Part shown: positions 1 through 12,749 of the stretch, piece by piece
Numbering within the stretch: the first letter of the stretch is position 1
Layout: each line of letters starts with the position of its first letter
Source: Eutreptiella sp. 'Long Island Sound 2002'
Taxonomy: Eukaryota; Protista; Euglenida
Direction of reading: 5' to 3'
Assembly (NCBI GenBank): GCA_964036045.1
Contig: OZ038378.1
Location: forward strand, 181,660,001-181,724,000
Length of the DNA stretch: 64,000 bases
Translations under genes and position numbers: made by a program
Notes under the pieces: model-generated
Seen by the model: the letters and a program-made list of their open reading frames with translations, nothing else
Database searches by the model: none
What the model was told of the DNA's origin: nothing

Positions 1-2884
1 TGTAAGCCCATATTATCAGGAATCGTGTGGCACCCTGTACAGCTCAGTGGTGGCAGCTTCCTGCGGGCGGCAGGTGGGCACAGTGCACACACTCTCTCTT
101 TTATCCCAGGCCGCCGTTGTTCGCAAAGCAAACATGGCAATGCCAATAGCACCAAGATTTGACACTGGGATTCACCCACCTCCCTTTGCAATATTATGTA
201 TCGATATTGGAGGCAATGGGCGAAGAGGGTAATCCTCTTGAGATCTGGAAGATTTTCGTGCCCTGGTGCATAAACAGTTGTGCAAACTGGTAATGAACAA
301 AGTGCACATGCATACATTCTGCATGAAGAGGTTGTCAGGTGCCCTGGTTCTGTTTCCCGTGTTTCGCTGGGAACACAGAGAGTCACGATACGCCCAACGG
401 TGCATTCTTGCAACCCAACCCCACCCCAGAAGCGCACACCTTCTCTGCGCTGGTGATCCTCTCTTTCAAACCACCGAATCCCCCGGAATGCCCAGAATTG
501 AAGGAGCTCGTCCTGCAGCGAGTCCACAAGGCACAGGTCATGCATCCTTTTAACAATTTAGGTAAACAGGGCAGAATTGGTTGGCTGCCCTGGCACCACA
601 ACCTGGGATCAGGAGGGCCCAAACCGCACCGCAAGCCTGAATGGGTGACCTTACATTGTTATGGCCTTGGCCCAAGGGCTTCAGATCTTTGGCCCACTAA
701 AGAGGAAGGTCTGAGTGCTTATCCCACCCGACAAATGGAATAAACAACGGGTGACTACTTTGGAACCGGCATGGCAAAATCATTGAGACGCTTTGTCGTG
801 TCAGGGCATGTCACAAGGGGGTGCAGAGGGCTTCCAACATGGAAAGCCCACATCTGGAACAGGCTTTGAACTGGGGGCCCTTGGCCACCACCCGTAGTTT
901 AGTGTGCCCACTAAACTATGTACCTCCTACATCTTTGCAGATGGGGCCCATTGCTTTCAATGGGCCCTCAAGCTTTTCCTCAAGGGCGGGAAAAGGACTA
1001 TTCCTGGTGAAACAACTTTTTCCGATTCTCGTGGGTGAATTGACTCCCCCACCCCCTTGTCAGGCAGAGGCCAGGGTGCCTGTTTTGTAGGCTCTGGAGC
1101 AGCACCTGTAGTACTGGACCACCTGCACTCATAAAGTCCATCAGACGCACACCATGAGGGCTCTCATGTTGTCATTGTCAATGGCTAAGGGTTGATCATC
1201 GTCAGGACAAACACCCTTCCCGTACATTTGCACTTTACCAAAAACTCATGCACACCATTGCAACAAACCAACAAATGTACAAGAACCTACACCTGTCAGT
1301 CTCATCATGGCAGGTGCCTCCAAAGCAACCATGTTGGGCCATTCACCATTACCTCCGAGGACAAGCAGTACACTTCCAATCATCAGCGGAGCGGACACTG
1401 CTACCAAGGAGGGGCTTGTTTAACAACAAGCTGGATCCTATGGCACTCATCCGCATTCGCCCATGGCGACAATTCCAATACCACTAACATTGGGCACCCT
1501 CTAGCCTCAGTGCATGGCTCCATGTTAAAATAGTAATTGGAGGATACAAATGGTCCATTGGTGGTCCCCATAGCTCAGAGTTTGCAATGGGAAAGATAAC
1601 CCCTTCTGTCTAGGCCCCTAAAGCGGGCCCGGAACGCCATAGAAGCCCACCATCCTTGTGGCAAGCCCATGCTGGTTTCCCATACTATTCCCATGTAGCC
1701 TGAGATGGTGGCGTTTATGAAGCCAATTTTTTGAACCCTCCACAAGGGCCTTAATGCAGCATGGGAAGGGGAATCTGCTCAATCGTGAATTTTACGAGGC
1801 TCCAATGTGTTAGCTGGCGTAGTTGGTGCCTCCAATCATGTACCACCTTGTATCACCTGTGGTTTTGGTCTTCTTCGCCCCTTTACCGCCGACTATTGTT
1901 GTGGTCACCTTGTTGTTGGGTGGCCAGGGTTTGTCCACGTGTGTCCAGGTGTGACCATACGAGACCCAAGGGGGGGTGGGGGGGGGTAGGGGGTGGGCCG
2001 AACCCCCCCCTCCTACGCCAATGGGGAATAATGGACAATCATTTTGCCAATGGGACAACACACACCCAATACGAATAGTATCCGATAGTATGCACAGCAG
2101 TGCACAAGACGAGTAGTTGTTGTAGACATCGGTTCAGGGATCTGAAAGGCCCAGATCTATCAATCTATGTGCATGTAGCTGTATTATTGGACACACCACC
2201 CATGTCTGTATCATTGCCTTTAGCCGACCAAGAAAAGGCATCACCAAGTGTTTGGAGCGATATGTGCGGCCATTGCGTCATGCGGTCATGGCCTGTGCGC
2301 TGATGAACAGTCTGAATTGGTTCGGTGTGTTGTAGAATGACTTGATCGTGTTACCCCATTTTGGTCACCATGTCACAAGAGCATTGTGCATTTGACAGTA
2401 ACTTTCGGTCGCCACATTCCACCATGCCCATCCGTTAGAATATCCCAGCAGACAAAACAAAACCCAATAAAACCCAATGTACACCAACAAACAGCAAACA
2501 CCAACATCAGTCAACACCGTAACACGTTGGTACACATCAACACGGATACATGACGATGCTACGGCACTCTCAACACAGTGAACGGCGGCTGTTGCCATAG
2601 ACACAACGGCGTGGGGGTAGAGGGGTGGGGGGGGGGACACGGGGCACATCGAGGGGCGCTGGCTGACACAGGGCCACCCACCTGCCCACTCAAGTCAGAA
2701 AACCATTCTTCACAGGGAAAATGAGTTTGCCCAGGGGATCGGCTCTCTATTCCTTACACCCACCCACCCATGTGCCCTGAGCCCCCCCCCCCCCCCCCCA
2801 AAAGAAACTCCGTTGGACTCCAATGGGGGTCATACTTTTGCCTCTTGCACAAGATGCCCGGGCTACAGGGGCCGATGTACACAC

Positions 2885-3206
2885 CATCCTCAGGGGTGGT
2901 CGGCTCTGCAGACGGCAGTGGGCAACAGCAGCCCTGGGGTCAAGGAGGGCGGCCCGGACATACCAGTGCAGGTCGGCGTTTTCGTCGATGCTGTCGGAGA
3001 GCGCCCGGCCGGAGCCGGGGCCGGTCTCCACCGACCGCACGGACATGGCCCGCAGGCGATTCGGGGAGTCCACGGGGTAGGGCGATGCGGCCATGGAGGA
3101 GTGCCGCGGGGGCGCGGCGGTCATGGAGGCGTGGCGTGGCGAGCCGGCCGGAGGCGGGGTCTTGCGGCCCGAGGCCAGGGTGCCGCTGCCGGGCTGCCGT
3201 GGCGAT
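2885..3206 (-). CDS. Internal exon of long minus-strand host gene (S/P/R-rich; SPRQPGSGTLASGRKTPPPAGSPRHASM...DENADLHWYVRAALLDPRAAVAHCRLQSRPPLRM)
   Basis: Pyrimidine-rich acceptor ccctccttcgccAG at 3208-3207 and donor ATG|GTGTGT at 2884. GC-rich open frame (inside ORF 2747..3256). Linkage to the upstream exons is inferred. Confidence 0.55.
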
Positions 3207-3243
3207 CTGGCGAAGGAGGGGGGACGCAAGAAGGAGCAACAAC

Positions 3244-3370
3244 CCTGGACACTCACCCGTTCTTCCCTTCGCGTGTTGCGTCGGGTCGCTGCTTTCTGTC
3301 GGCCGCTGCGGCCGGTGTTCTTGCTGGTGTCGTTTCCGCGTTCGCGGAGCCCAGTGGCTGGTGTGTTGGG
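3244..3370. repeat. Dispersed repeat family, copy 1 (CACCCGTTCTTCCCTTCGC...GCGGAGCCCAGT)
   Basis: Near-identical to 21059-21185 by direct comparison. Confidence 0.85.
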
Positions 3371-4694
3371 GCTGTGCTGGATGTGGCAGGATGTGCCGTT
3401 TGCGCGTCAGCGGCGCCCGGTAGTTGGCGTATTGAGGATGTGCTGGTTGTTGCCGGGGTCGTTTGACTGTTTTAGCTGCCCACGCGCCTCTGTCCACAGG
3501 CCGTCCATAGCCTGCCCCGCTGTGTTTCTGTGTGCGCAAGGCCCAGGTGCCCTGTTCCTCCACGTGCTGTCCCGGCCGTCCACCATATGTGCTTTTCCCC
3601 CTCACGGTTGGTCTGCCCCTGATGGGCTCCCGCTCCTGTTGCGCAAACAGCCCATCTGGGCTGCGGGAGACACCCCCCACCTGATGCCGGTAGAGCAGGG
3701 GTTGCCCTGGCACCCGATGGCGACGGGGCTGGCTGGCCAAGCCATCCCCTGTGTTGTTGCTGCCTGCCATACACACGCTCTCCCATCCGCTCCATTCTGG
3801 TTCCCGTGTTCCCGCTGTTCTGGTTGCCTCTCCTGCCTTGCTGTGCCCCTCCTCCTTGTCTGCTGTGCTCGCCCTTGTCCCCCCTGGTGTGGCTCCCGCG
3901 TTTTGTGTGTCTGTGTTGCTCCTCTTTAGGCGCTCCTGAGTGCCCCTTTCGCGCACCCCCTCCTGTCCCACCTGCCTGCCCCCCCGTACGAGGATTTCAC
4001 ATCTCCGTACGACGTGGACTGTCCCGTGCGTGGTTGGCTGGTCACGGCCCTGTTGCCACCCCCGTGGCTGGCACCTCCCGGCGCGCGAGGCGCAGCCCCC
4101 GCCCTTGTGGAGTACGTGGGCACCTTGTAGAGGGAGGGGGGTGTTTGCTGATGGCTCGCTCGGCGTGGCCGCATTTGGTGGTTGCTGCCGTGCTTGCACT
4201 TCCTGGTTCCCTTGTGTATTGTTGTGCATCTTGTTGGGGCTCATCTCACTGCCGTGTGTGGGGCGGCTCTGTGCCCAGTTGTTTTGCTGCTTGCGTTCCT
4301 CCCAATTTCAGGCTCTTTCTTCTTTTGCTGGCACACTCACCGCTGCTGGTGTGCGGCGCCGGGGGGGGGCAGCATGTCGCTCCCTGCCTCCCATTGTGGC
4401 TGTCGGGTTGTCCCACTTTCAGTTGGGTGGTACCAGGGGCACCGGGCACTTTTGCACATGTCTCCAAATCTACAAACTGACCTCTCACTGGTGTTTGTTG
4501 GGGTTGTTGGGGTCCCTGACGTGCACTTTCCACTCTGACGTAGGATTCCACTCTGACCCACGGAAATGGGTTAGGATGATGTCGATCAACAGACGCAGGT
4601 ACGTGCACACGCCAGCACACATACACAAACACACACACACACATGATGCGGACACGCCAACACCGGACAACCGCCCTGCGGATGGCACGACGAG

Positions 4695-4893
<199 letters not shown>

Positions 4894-5083
4894 TGGAAGC
4901 GAGACGAACAGGCGTGACAAACAGAGCACAGCACTGATCGCTGACGAATCTCGTCAGGCTGAATGGATCAGTAGAAGAAGGAGTTGAGAAGCATGTCGGC
5001 TAGGCGCCTTTCTGCAGTGCAAGAACAGGAGATCAGCCCAGCCTGAGGTCGATCCCAGTAACCGGTGCAGCCTCTGGCAGCAG

Positions 5084-5280
<197 letters not shown>

Positions 5281-7277
5281 AAAAGAGAAGGAGACACACG
5301 TGCACCCACACGCAAACCCACGGACAGCGCAGGAGATTGCAGGCCATTTCATGCAGTAGCGGTGCATACGCTTGTGATAACACGTCCTCCTCAGCTGCCA
5401 ACATGGCATCAATCTTCAAAATGATGTCGGTGTCAGATTCTTCCCCAGCGGCTTCCCCAGCCGCCTTGTCTCCTGTACTGTCTGCCGCATTGCCACCAAC
5501 ATTCCCTGACGGCATTGAATGAAATCGGAGGCTGTCGGCAACATCAGGAGGAGGAGGAGGAGGAGGAGCTGCAGCAGCTGCCACTACAATAGCACCAACA
5601 GCAACCAATAGCAGCAACCAAGGGGTAAATGTCACACGATCATGCAATTGTCACGGCAACGCATCTGCCAAAACGAGTCCTTTGTTCGTTTTCAAAGTGA
5701 GTGGAGAAACAAAACCTGGATCTGGCAAAATTGCGATTTGGAGAGATGAAATGAGGCAAACTCAAGCCCACGGCTGCACTTACAAGCGCAGTGTACAAAG
5801 AATTGGCTGAAGGATTACACATAAAGTGGAAAAATGCTATGAGACGAGAGGCATTCAAAACGGGGGAGAGAGGCCCTCTTCGGTGTTAGATACACCGCAC
5901 CCACAAACACGGAGTCCACCTAAAGGGTGGCATTTAAAATGCGCCTTTTCCCACTATCGTCCCTTTGGTCAGGGGTGGGGGCTCTTACTATGGCTGTCAG
6001 CCGTTCCAATACACTTGAACCAAGGAGCCGGGGTGCCTACTCGTGTCAATGTCCCGCCTGCTGCTCACAGTGCCAAAGCGCACCGGTTGCCGCAGTGCCG
6101 CAGGTGGACAGGTGTTGTAGCGCTGCAGGCGAGAGTCCGAAGAGCCAGTGACCCAAACCGAGAGTTTGAATGGCGGGCGAATCCCGCGGTTTCGAGATTT
6201 GCAGAATGGGGAACAGGATCAGGCCCTACGACCCCCATTGAGGCACTGAACAGGCCCTTGCACCGAGGAACGTGCACGGGTGCAGGCACACCTCTTTCTG
6301 CAACGGGTGTGCCCAACGGGCTTGCAGAATCCCTCTTGCCCAGCCTCGCATTGTCCTGCCGCACAGACAACAAAAGGGAGGGTCACCGGGGCAGCATCTG
6401 TTGGTACCCCACTCTGCATCTGCATACATCCTCTCCTTTATGCCCTTCGCCCCAGATGGCTCCAGGATGTCTGCACAGTGGAACCCCGATCCATCCCTGC
6501 CCCCGGTGGCATGGCTTGTTTCACTAACACGTATGCAGACAACAAGCCATTGAACCCTTGCAATAGCAAACACCTGGACTGCTACTGCATGTCTCCGAAA
6601 CGAAACACGAAAATAAATGAAATCTGTCAGGAGAGGATTCAGGATAGATTCTGTGGTGAAACAGCCCTTTCAGCACAGCATGAAAGGTCAGTTTCCAAGA
6701 GTGCCAACAAATCTGCTGTGAAGGCAACTGCAGCGGGACGAGCAAGACGGCGATCGAGGGTGGTGACCGGAGGGTGATCAGCGTTATCAGGGTGCAGGCC
6801 GTGGCAGTGGGAATGCACCAATCTGTAGGCGGCATAGACCTGAGCGGGGCAGTGCTCCGCAGCCACGGGTGGGCCGTCCCCTCGCTTTTAGACGCGACTC
6901 CCCCCCCAGTAGAAGTGGGCCGAAGGCCCCTAGGGGGGGGGGGGGGGGGGGGCTTTTGGGGGGGGGGGGCTAGCCGCCGAGGAGGGCTTCTCTAAGGGAC
7001 TTGCTAGTCGCTGCTAGTTGCCGGGGGGGAGGGGGGCTAGGGGAGGGGGTTAGCAAAGGTCTACTTCAGTTTGGCAGAGACGCGGTGGCCTAAGGGGTTA
7101 CTCTACAACAACGGAGGCCTCCACTCTACCTCCTCACCAATGCAAAGGTGGTTGTAGGCGCCCACACCCCCTGCCTGGGGAGGGCCGTTTATATATGCTG
7201 TCCTCTCCGACACGGCCCGTCACACCGGAGAGCAGCTGGGTGCCTGGCAGGTTGCCCAGGCCTACGAGGCACCCGAT

Positions 7278-7460
7278 TAGTTTTTTTTTTCCTTCGCGGT
7301 ACACACAAGTACTGCTCTATGGGAATAGGTTTTTTTTTCCTTCGCCGTACACACAAGTACTACTCTATGGCAATCAGTTTTTTTTTTCCTTCGCCGTACA
7401 CACAAGTACTGCTCTATAGTAGTAGGTTTTTTTTTCCTTTGCCATATACACAAATACAGC
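7278..7460 (+). repeat. Subterminal tandem repeat, about 49 bp x4 (T-run + CCTTCGCCGTACACACAAGTACT)
   Basis: Unit core at 7300, 7348, 7397 and 7447. Lies just 3' of the transposase stop. Confidence 0.9.
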
Positions 7461-7497
7461 TCGTTCCGTCCCTTTTTTTTTCCATTTCGCCCACGGC

Positions 7498-10400
7498 TCA
7501 CTTAAAAAGCTCTCCCTCCGACGATGAGTCGGAATCAGAGACACTTATATTTCGCCGCTTTCGGGGCCGTGTCCATGACAACTCCACTTTCCTGCGCTGT
7601 CCTACACTCTCCAAAGGGCGTGTGCGCTCTGCACCTGATGACGCCTCTGTGGAGGAGGAGGAGGAGGAGGAGGAGGAGGAGGAGGAGGAGGAGGAGGAGG
7701 AGGAGGAGGAGGAGGAGGAGGAGGAGGAGGAGGTAGACGAAGAGGGGTTGGGAACATTGGCAGGGGGGGTCGCCGAAGGGGGGCCCATTGCCACATCCAC
7801 CTCCTCGTTCTGTTGCGCATTGTCTCCCGTTTTTTTCTTCTTACATTCGGTCCAAGCAAGGACAACATCCCGCTCCGAGGGTGGGGCACAAAGGCTACCC
7901 GGGGGAGCGACATCGGGATGCTTTGCATCGAAGTGCATTCGCATGCCGTACAACCATACGGTGGACTTACACAAGGTGCAATGCATTGGCCGGTTTGTGC
8001 ACGGATTGCGTGCAGAAGCCTTTGCCATCGCCCCCACCGAACGTTAGTGGGCTCCAAGGGACAATTTGTCAAGATGACGGAAACAAGCTTACCCTGGCCA
8101 TTGCGGAGCAATTCTGTGGTGCATTCCTTGCTTCCACAAAAGCCGCATGCATCTGCAACACACTCGTCCCTCAAGATGTGCCTCCCCACATGAGTCCGCA
8201 TGCTGTGTAAGGGGACAACATGGTTACACACTGCGCATGTGCCTGAGGTAGGTGCGGCGGATCCCACCTTCACGGTACAAGATGCATCGTTGATGGCACA
8301 GATCGGCAGATTGGGGTATGGAGGGACTGCCTGTGAACTGCGTTTCCGCTTGACCTTGTACCCGGGTGCATGGGCAAAGATCTCTTGGATTTGGGTGGCA
8401 ATGGCCAACCGGCGCTTCAGTTGCACAATGTCGAGCACCCCACCCTGGCCGCGCGCTGTCCGGACGACACTGAACTGTGACTCAAGAAGGTCAGTACCTC
8501 TAAGACAAATGAAGTACTCCGAACCAGGGAAGTCCCTTTCTTGCCGGCGCACATCATAATACACTCCGCCAACCTCTTCTGCCATGTCGCAATACCATTG
8601 CTCATCGAATGGCGCGCAGGCGTGTTGCAGGGCCATGAGGTGCCCCGATGCTGCAGCAGCATAAGCCATGCGAAGGGAAAGGGCGTGAGTGTTTGAGAAA
8701 TAATAGTCTCGAGCATAAAAAACAACCCAATGCAAACTCCAAACTGCCCTAGCTTGGGCGTGGCGCGAAGGGTCAAGGTCGGTGTGGTCCGCCATAGCAA
8801 TCTCCGTTATGCAATCAATGATTATGAGTGCATTGGGAACCGACATGAAGTCAACTTCTTTGACAGCATTGGCTAGACGGCGCGCAACTCCCAAGGTGTT
8901 TGCCAACGTGCACAAGACGTCAACATCAATAGTAACGCCGTGCACACGGAAAGCATTTTTGCTAAACAGGCGGCGGACGAATCGCTTTAGAATGTGGCGC
9001 ATGTCCTTTGTAACAGTGGCACCAGGCTTTAGCACCCGAACCTGCAAGAAAAGAAAACCATCTAGTGAAATTACCTCGGCGGAAAGATTACGGAATGCAG
9101 CGGCACGCCGCTTATCCCCATCACTGGCATATTGGACGCACGGCCCAATGGTGGCAGCTACTTGGTCCCATTTCTCTTCAAACTCTAGGATGGATTCGAC
9201 CTCATCATCCCCCGTAAACCGGTTGCATGAGGCTGTACACGAAACCACTACAGGCATGTAGTTGGTCCGTGAGTGCCGTGCAACGGCGGTCACCTTGGCA
9301 TAGCTGGCTATGTGCCATTCGCCACTCTCTAGCTTCGCCAGAGGGATTGCCAAATCCGAAAGGGACGTGAAGGGGATGGGGTGGGGTGCACAATCGCATA
9401 CATTCTCTAATGTGTTCACACCAGCCACCAGCCGTTTCGTGATGGAGATCTCATCCTTGAGGCAAGCGATGGAGGCTCGTGGGAGGGGTCCAAATGCGGC
9501 TTGCGGGGGGTCCACGGAGCAAGTGCCGGAGATCGCAATGGTACCCTGTTTTGCAATCCGAGAGCACTGCCGCACACTCGGTAGCAATTTCTCTGCATGC
9601 AAGGCTTGCAAACCTGTAGGGCCGGCAACCCGGTACAAAAGCACAGCAAGCCGCTTTTCATTCGCCCCACAGTGCATGCGATTGGCACGCACGGCATCCT
9701 CTAAAAGAGGGGCAATGCGTTTCAATCCCCACCCCCACTCCATCGTCTTCTTCAAAATGTGAGCAAGACGGGGCAAATCGTTTGATCTGATGGCAGCAAA
9801 GCAGCGATCAAACAACGACAACCGCGCATACAACGGCTGCACCAAGCGCCTCAGTTTTTGCAACTCAAAAAAGGCAGATTGCATGACATTTCTGCTCTTA
9901 TCTAACCGGGTTTGTAGGGCCTCAAACCCCAAGCAAGAATTGGGGGTATGGGGTTTGGGCCCGGAAGCAACTTGCAGCATGTCACGGAGTTTGGTGTTGA
10001 AATGCAAATCTGCACATGGGCGACATGGCTTCCCATCCACACCCCAACCCTCACACGGGGGGTCTTCGGATCGAAAAGCGGAGACATCCGCGGTTAGCGA
10101 CCAATTCATGGACCGTTGCTGTTGGTACTTCTCAGAGTGCAACTGCAACGGGTAGTTTCGCGCAATAAAGTCGACCGGTTGTCCCGGTGGATTGTAACCA
10201 TTGCACTTTGTGCGCTCCCAACCCCTACTAGAAGGGGGAGCGCGCAGTAGGATTGGCACCTCCGGATTAGGGACCGCCTCTTGGGAATCACCAGCCACAG
10301 CAGGGGCATCAACGACCGCCACAAAATTGGTGATGGCGGTTTGCACACCCTGGGGGGGGGCTGGTTGAAGCCAAGCTTGGTGTTGTCTGCTGGTAAAATG

Positions 10401-10709
10401 TTGTGTACGCTGAAAAAATTCGGGAACAGCATTGAAGCGATACCCACAGCCACACACTTCATCTGTGCAACCACAATCACCCGTTTTGGCATGCTCACTC
10501 CCGCATTGTCCTTCGCAAGGTGCAAGTCTGGGTTGAATACCAAAATCGATGCCCGCGGATTCGGGTGCACTGGGGCACGGATCGTGAGGATCGCAAAGCG
10601 TATGGAACGCAACGTTGCAAAGCAAACATGCAGCTTGGCACCCCTTCTTGTTGCAGATGTGGCAAGCGGTTTGGAGTAACTTCTTCTTTTCCTTCTTCGC
10701 TGCACTCAT
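7498..10709 (-). CDS. P-element/THAP9-like DDE transposase (about 1070 aa after correcting one frameshift), with Cys/His zinc-binding modules at both ends
   Basis: Motifs in the expected order: LLYRVAGPTGLQALHAEKLLPS, ACLKDEISITKRL (D1), YASDGDKRR (D2), KDMRHILKRF (D-x2-H), RGTDLLESQFSVVR (E). ATG at 10709. A 1-nt loss in the C5 run at 8031-8035 joins ORF 7602..10943 to ORF 7498..8037 (PCTNRPMHCTLCKSTVWLYGMRMHF). Family assignment is from motif knowledge, not a database search. Confidence 0.75.
7651..7731 (+). repeat. (GGA)n microsatellite encoding poly-Ser in the transposase C-terminus
   Basis: Seen directly. Reads as a Ser run in the corrected frame. Confidence 0.95.
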
Positions 10710-11271
10710 GGGGCGAGAAAGAACTGCACGCAGGAAACAGGGAAACACATGCGGGATTCCGTGGAACACAGGCAAGAAACACGGCAAAGACGTATCTAAT
10801 GCAACTCCTGTATTCGCAATTCTTAATGACCATGCCACCCAGACAGTGCCTACTCCCGTCGCTATGCGGCGAATGCTTTCCCGGGTGCCTACTTCCATCG
10901 CTCTGCGGCGAGTGCATTGGTATTGGTTTAGGTTTCGGCACACACGGGTTTGGGTTTGGGCACTGTGCTGGGTGGAAGTTTTGTGACACGGGGAACCGCC
11001 CCTTGCCGCACTTACCTAAAAAAACGCGGAAAAACGGAACTACGCAACAAAACACAACGCAATGCAACGCAAAGCAAAGCACGAGAAAGCAAAGAAAGAA
11101 AGAAAGCCCCTTTTTGCCTCCTTCTCGAGCCGGGGAAAAGCTCGAGGCAGGGATCTCCAGACCCCTGATTGCCTCCTCCTCGAGCCGGGGTATTAAAGCT
11201 CGAGGCAGGGATCTTCAGATGCCGGTATCGGCGAATTGGACACAAACAACAAACAACACAAACAACACAAG

Positions 11272-11738
11272 CAACAAAGCGTGGATTCAAAGATTGTCCC
11301 GGTTTCGTCAATAGCACCGGACGGTTGGGGCCCAAAAGAGGGCGGAAATGCTACATCACCCCTGCATTCTCAGGGGTCCCCAACACAGGGAACAAATTCA
11401 AAACTCAAAACCTAAGCCGGGGGTCACCATGATGCACCACACAACAAAGCGTGGATTCAAAGATTGTCGAGGTTTCGTCAATAGCACCGGACGGTTGGGG
11501 CCCAAAAGAGGGCGGAAATGCTACATCACCCCTGCATTCTCGGGGGTCCCCAACAAAGGGAACAAATTCAAAACTCAAAACCTAAGCCGGGGGTCACCAT
11601 GATGCACCACACAACAAAGCGTGGATTCAAAGATTGTCCAGGTTTCGTCAATAGCACCGGACGGTTGGGGCCCAAAAGAGGGCGGAAATGCTACATCACC
11701 CCTGCATTCTCGGGGGTCCCCAGCAAAGGGGACAAAAT
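11272..11738 (+). repeat. 170-bp tandem repeat, about 2.75 copies, containing the GCTACATCACCCCTGCATTCTCGGGGGTCCCC motif
   Basis: Unit starts at 11272, 11442 and 11612. A related motif recurs near 23.08 kb and 30.84 kb, and more degenerately near 26.2 kb. Confidence 0.93.
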
Positions 11739-12150
11739 TTTCGGGCGCCTTCGGCGCCACCCTATGTATGGCTAGTAGCCATTGACCCTTGGTAACTAAG
11801 TGGGCCCGGAGGGCCCGGAGGGGGGGGGGGGGGGGAGTCGCGTACCTGGACCGAGGAGACGGCCCACCCGTGTCCGCAGCGTTGCTGAGGACTGGTGTTA
11901 AGCACTGACTCGTTCTACATTAGTGTCTGCGCACCGGGCGATTAGCAAAATTGGTGCACCGTACACCCTCAACACCCCTTCAAGCGCAACCCTTTGCCCC
12001 GGCACCCGCACCCCGGCACATGCCACTGCGTTCCGATGCAGCAGTCAAGACAGTCCCTGAAACAGAATGTGTCCCAGGCCCTCAAAGAAGGATCCTTTGC
12101 TCTACCTCACCCTCATGATGTGACCGGCAGGGCCGGGAAAGGGGGCATAC

Positions 12151-12355
12151 GCATTCGATCAGCGAACTGAACACGTGTGCGTGCTGAACGGCATCCCGGA
12201 CTCGATCGAGAAGCCCTCGGCACAGTTTCGCTTCCTTGTAGGCCTTGTGCTGCTGCCGGTACTTGAGCTGGGAGATGCGGCTTTTTCTTGGCATGCGTCG
12301 GGGTGACGTACTCCCCGGAGACAAAGTGCCCGAGATTGCAGTCGGCAGCGGCGCA
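12151..12355 (-). CDS. Exon of long host gene (CAAADCNLGHFVSGEYVTPTHAKKKPHLPAQV...RTRVQFADRM)
   Basis: Acceptor ttgccgcatAG at 12357-12356. Phase 0 matches the upstream exon. Donor C|GTATGC is tentative. Confidence 0.5.
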
Positions 12356-12749
12356 CTATGCGGCAAGATGTGACCGGAGCGGAACACAGCGCAACACAAC
12401 TTGTTATAGCCCATAGCAATGCATTCATGTGTGCAGAACCATCAGATGTGATGTTCGCCACATGGCGGGTATGGCATGCCCAGGTTCGGTAGGTTGCGGT
12501 TCCACATCAATCTTCTTGGTGATGTGGGTGCCTCTGTGGTGCATTTCGGGGGTTTCAAAATCTCACCCGCAAACATAGGTATATAGGCACACAGGGACCC
12601 CTATTGCAAATGGGGGGGGGTTAAGTTGTTCCACTTCTCTTCCATGTCATGACGTCAACGATCCTTGGAAGGAGTCTAAGAGGGTGGGTGTTGGAACTCC
12701 AATCCACGCCTCCATAGCCTACCCCCCCCGCCCGCCCCTTGACCTCCTC

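Larger units (their letters stand above)
6850..11894 (-). mobile_element. P-element-superfamily-like DNA transposon (about 5 kb), inside an intron of the long host gene
   Basis: Imperfect inverted repeats: left CAGTGCTCCGCAGC-CACGGGTGGGCCGTCCCCTCG...ACGCGACTCCCCCCC (6850-6907) versus the reverse complement of 11821-11894 (CAGTCCTCAGCAAC...CACGGGTGGGCCGTCTCCTCG...ACGCGACTCCCCCC). They enclose a transposase ORF. No TSD recognised, so the exact ends are uncertain. Confidence 0.7.

Noticed and set aside
1-1750. Decayed retroelement-like coding fragments
   Set aside because: Protein-like stretches with many stops, but no motif I can assign with confidence.
2940-4244. 434-aa minus-strand ORF
   Set aside because: Runs through a dispersed repeat shared with 21.06-21.18 kb and overlaps the real exon in another frame. 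No domain signal.
7602-8030. Poly-Pro C-terminus of the 1113-aa ORF
   Set aside because: Out-of-frame read of the (GGA)n tract after the frameshift. The alternative frame gives coherent zinc-finger motifs.
11272-11738. CRISPR-like array
   Set aside because: Whole 170-bp units are repeated with no unique spacers, no cas genes, and a eukaryotic context.
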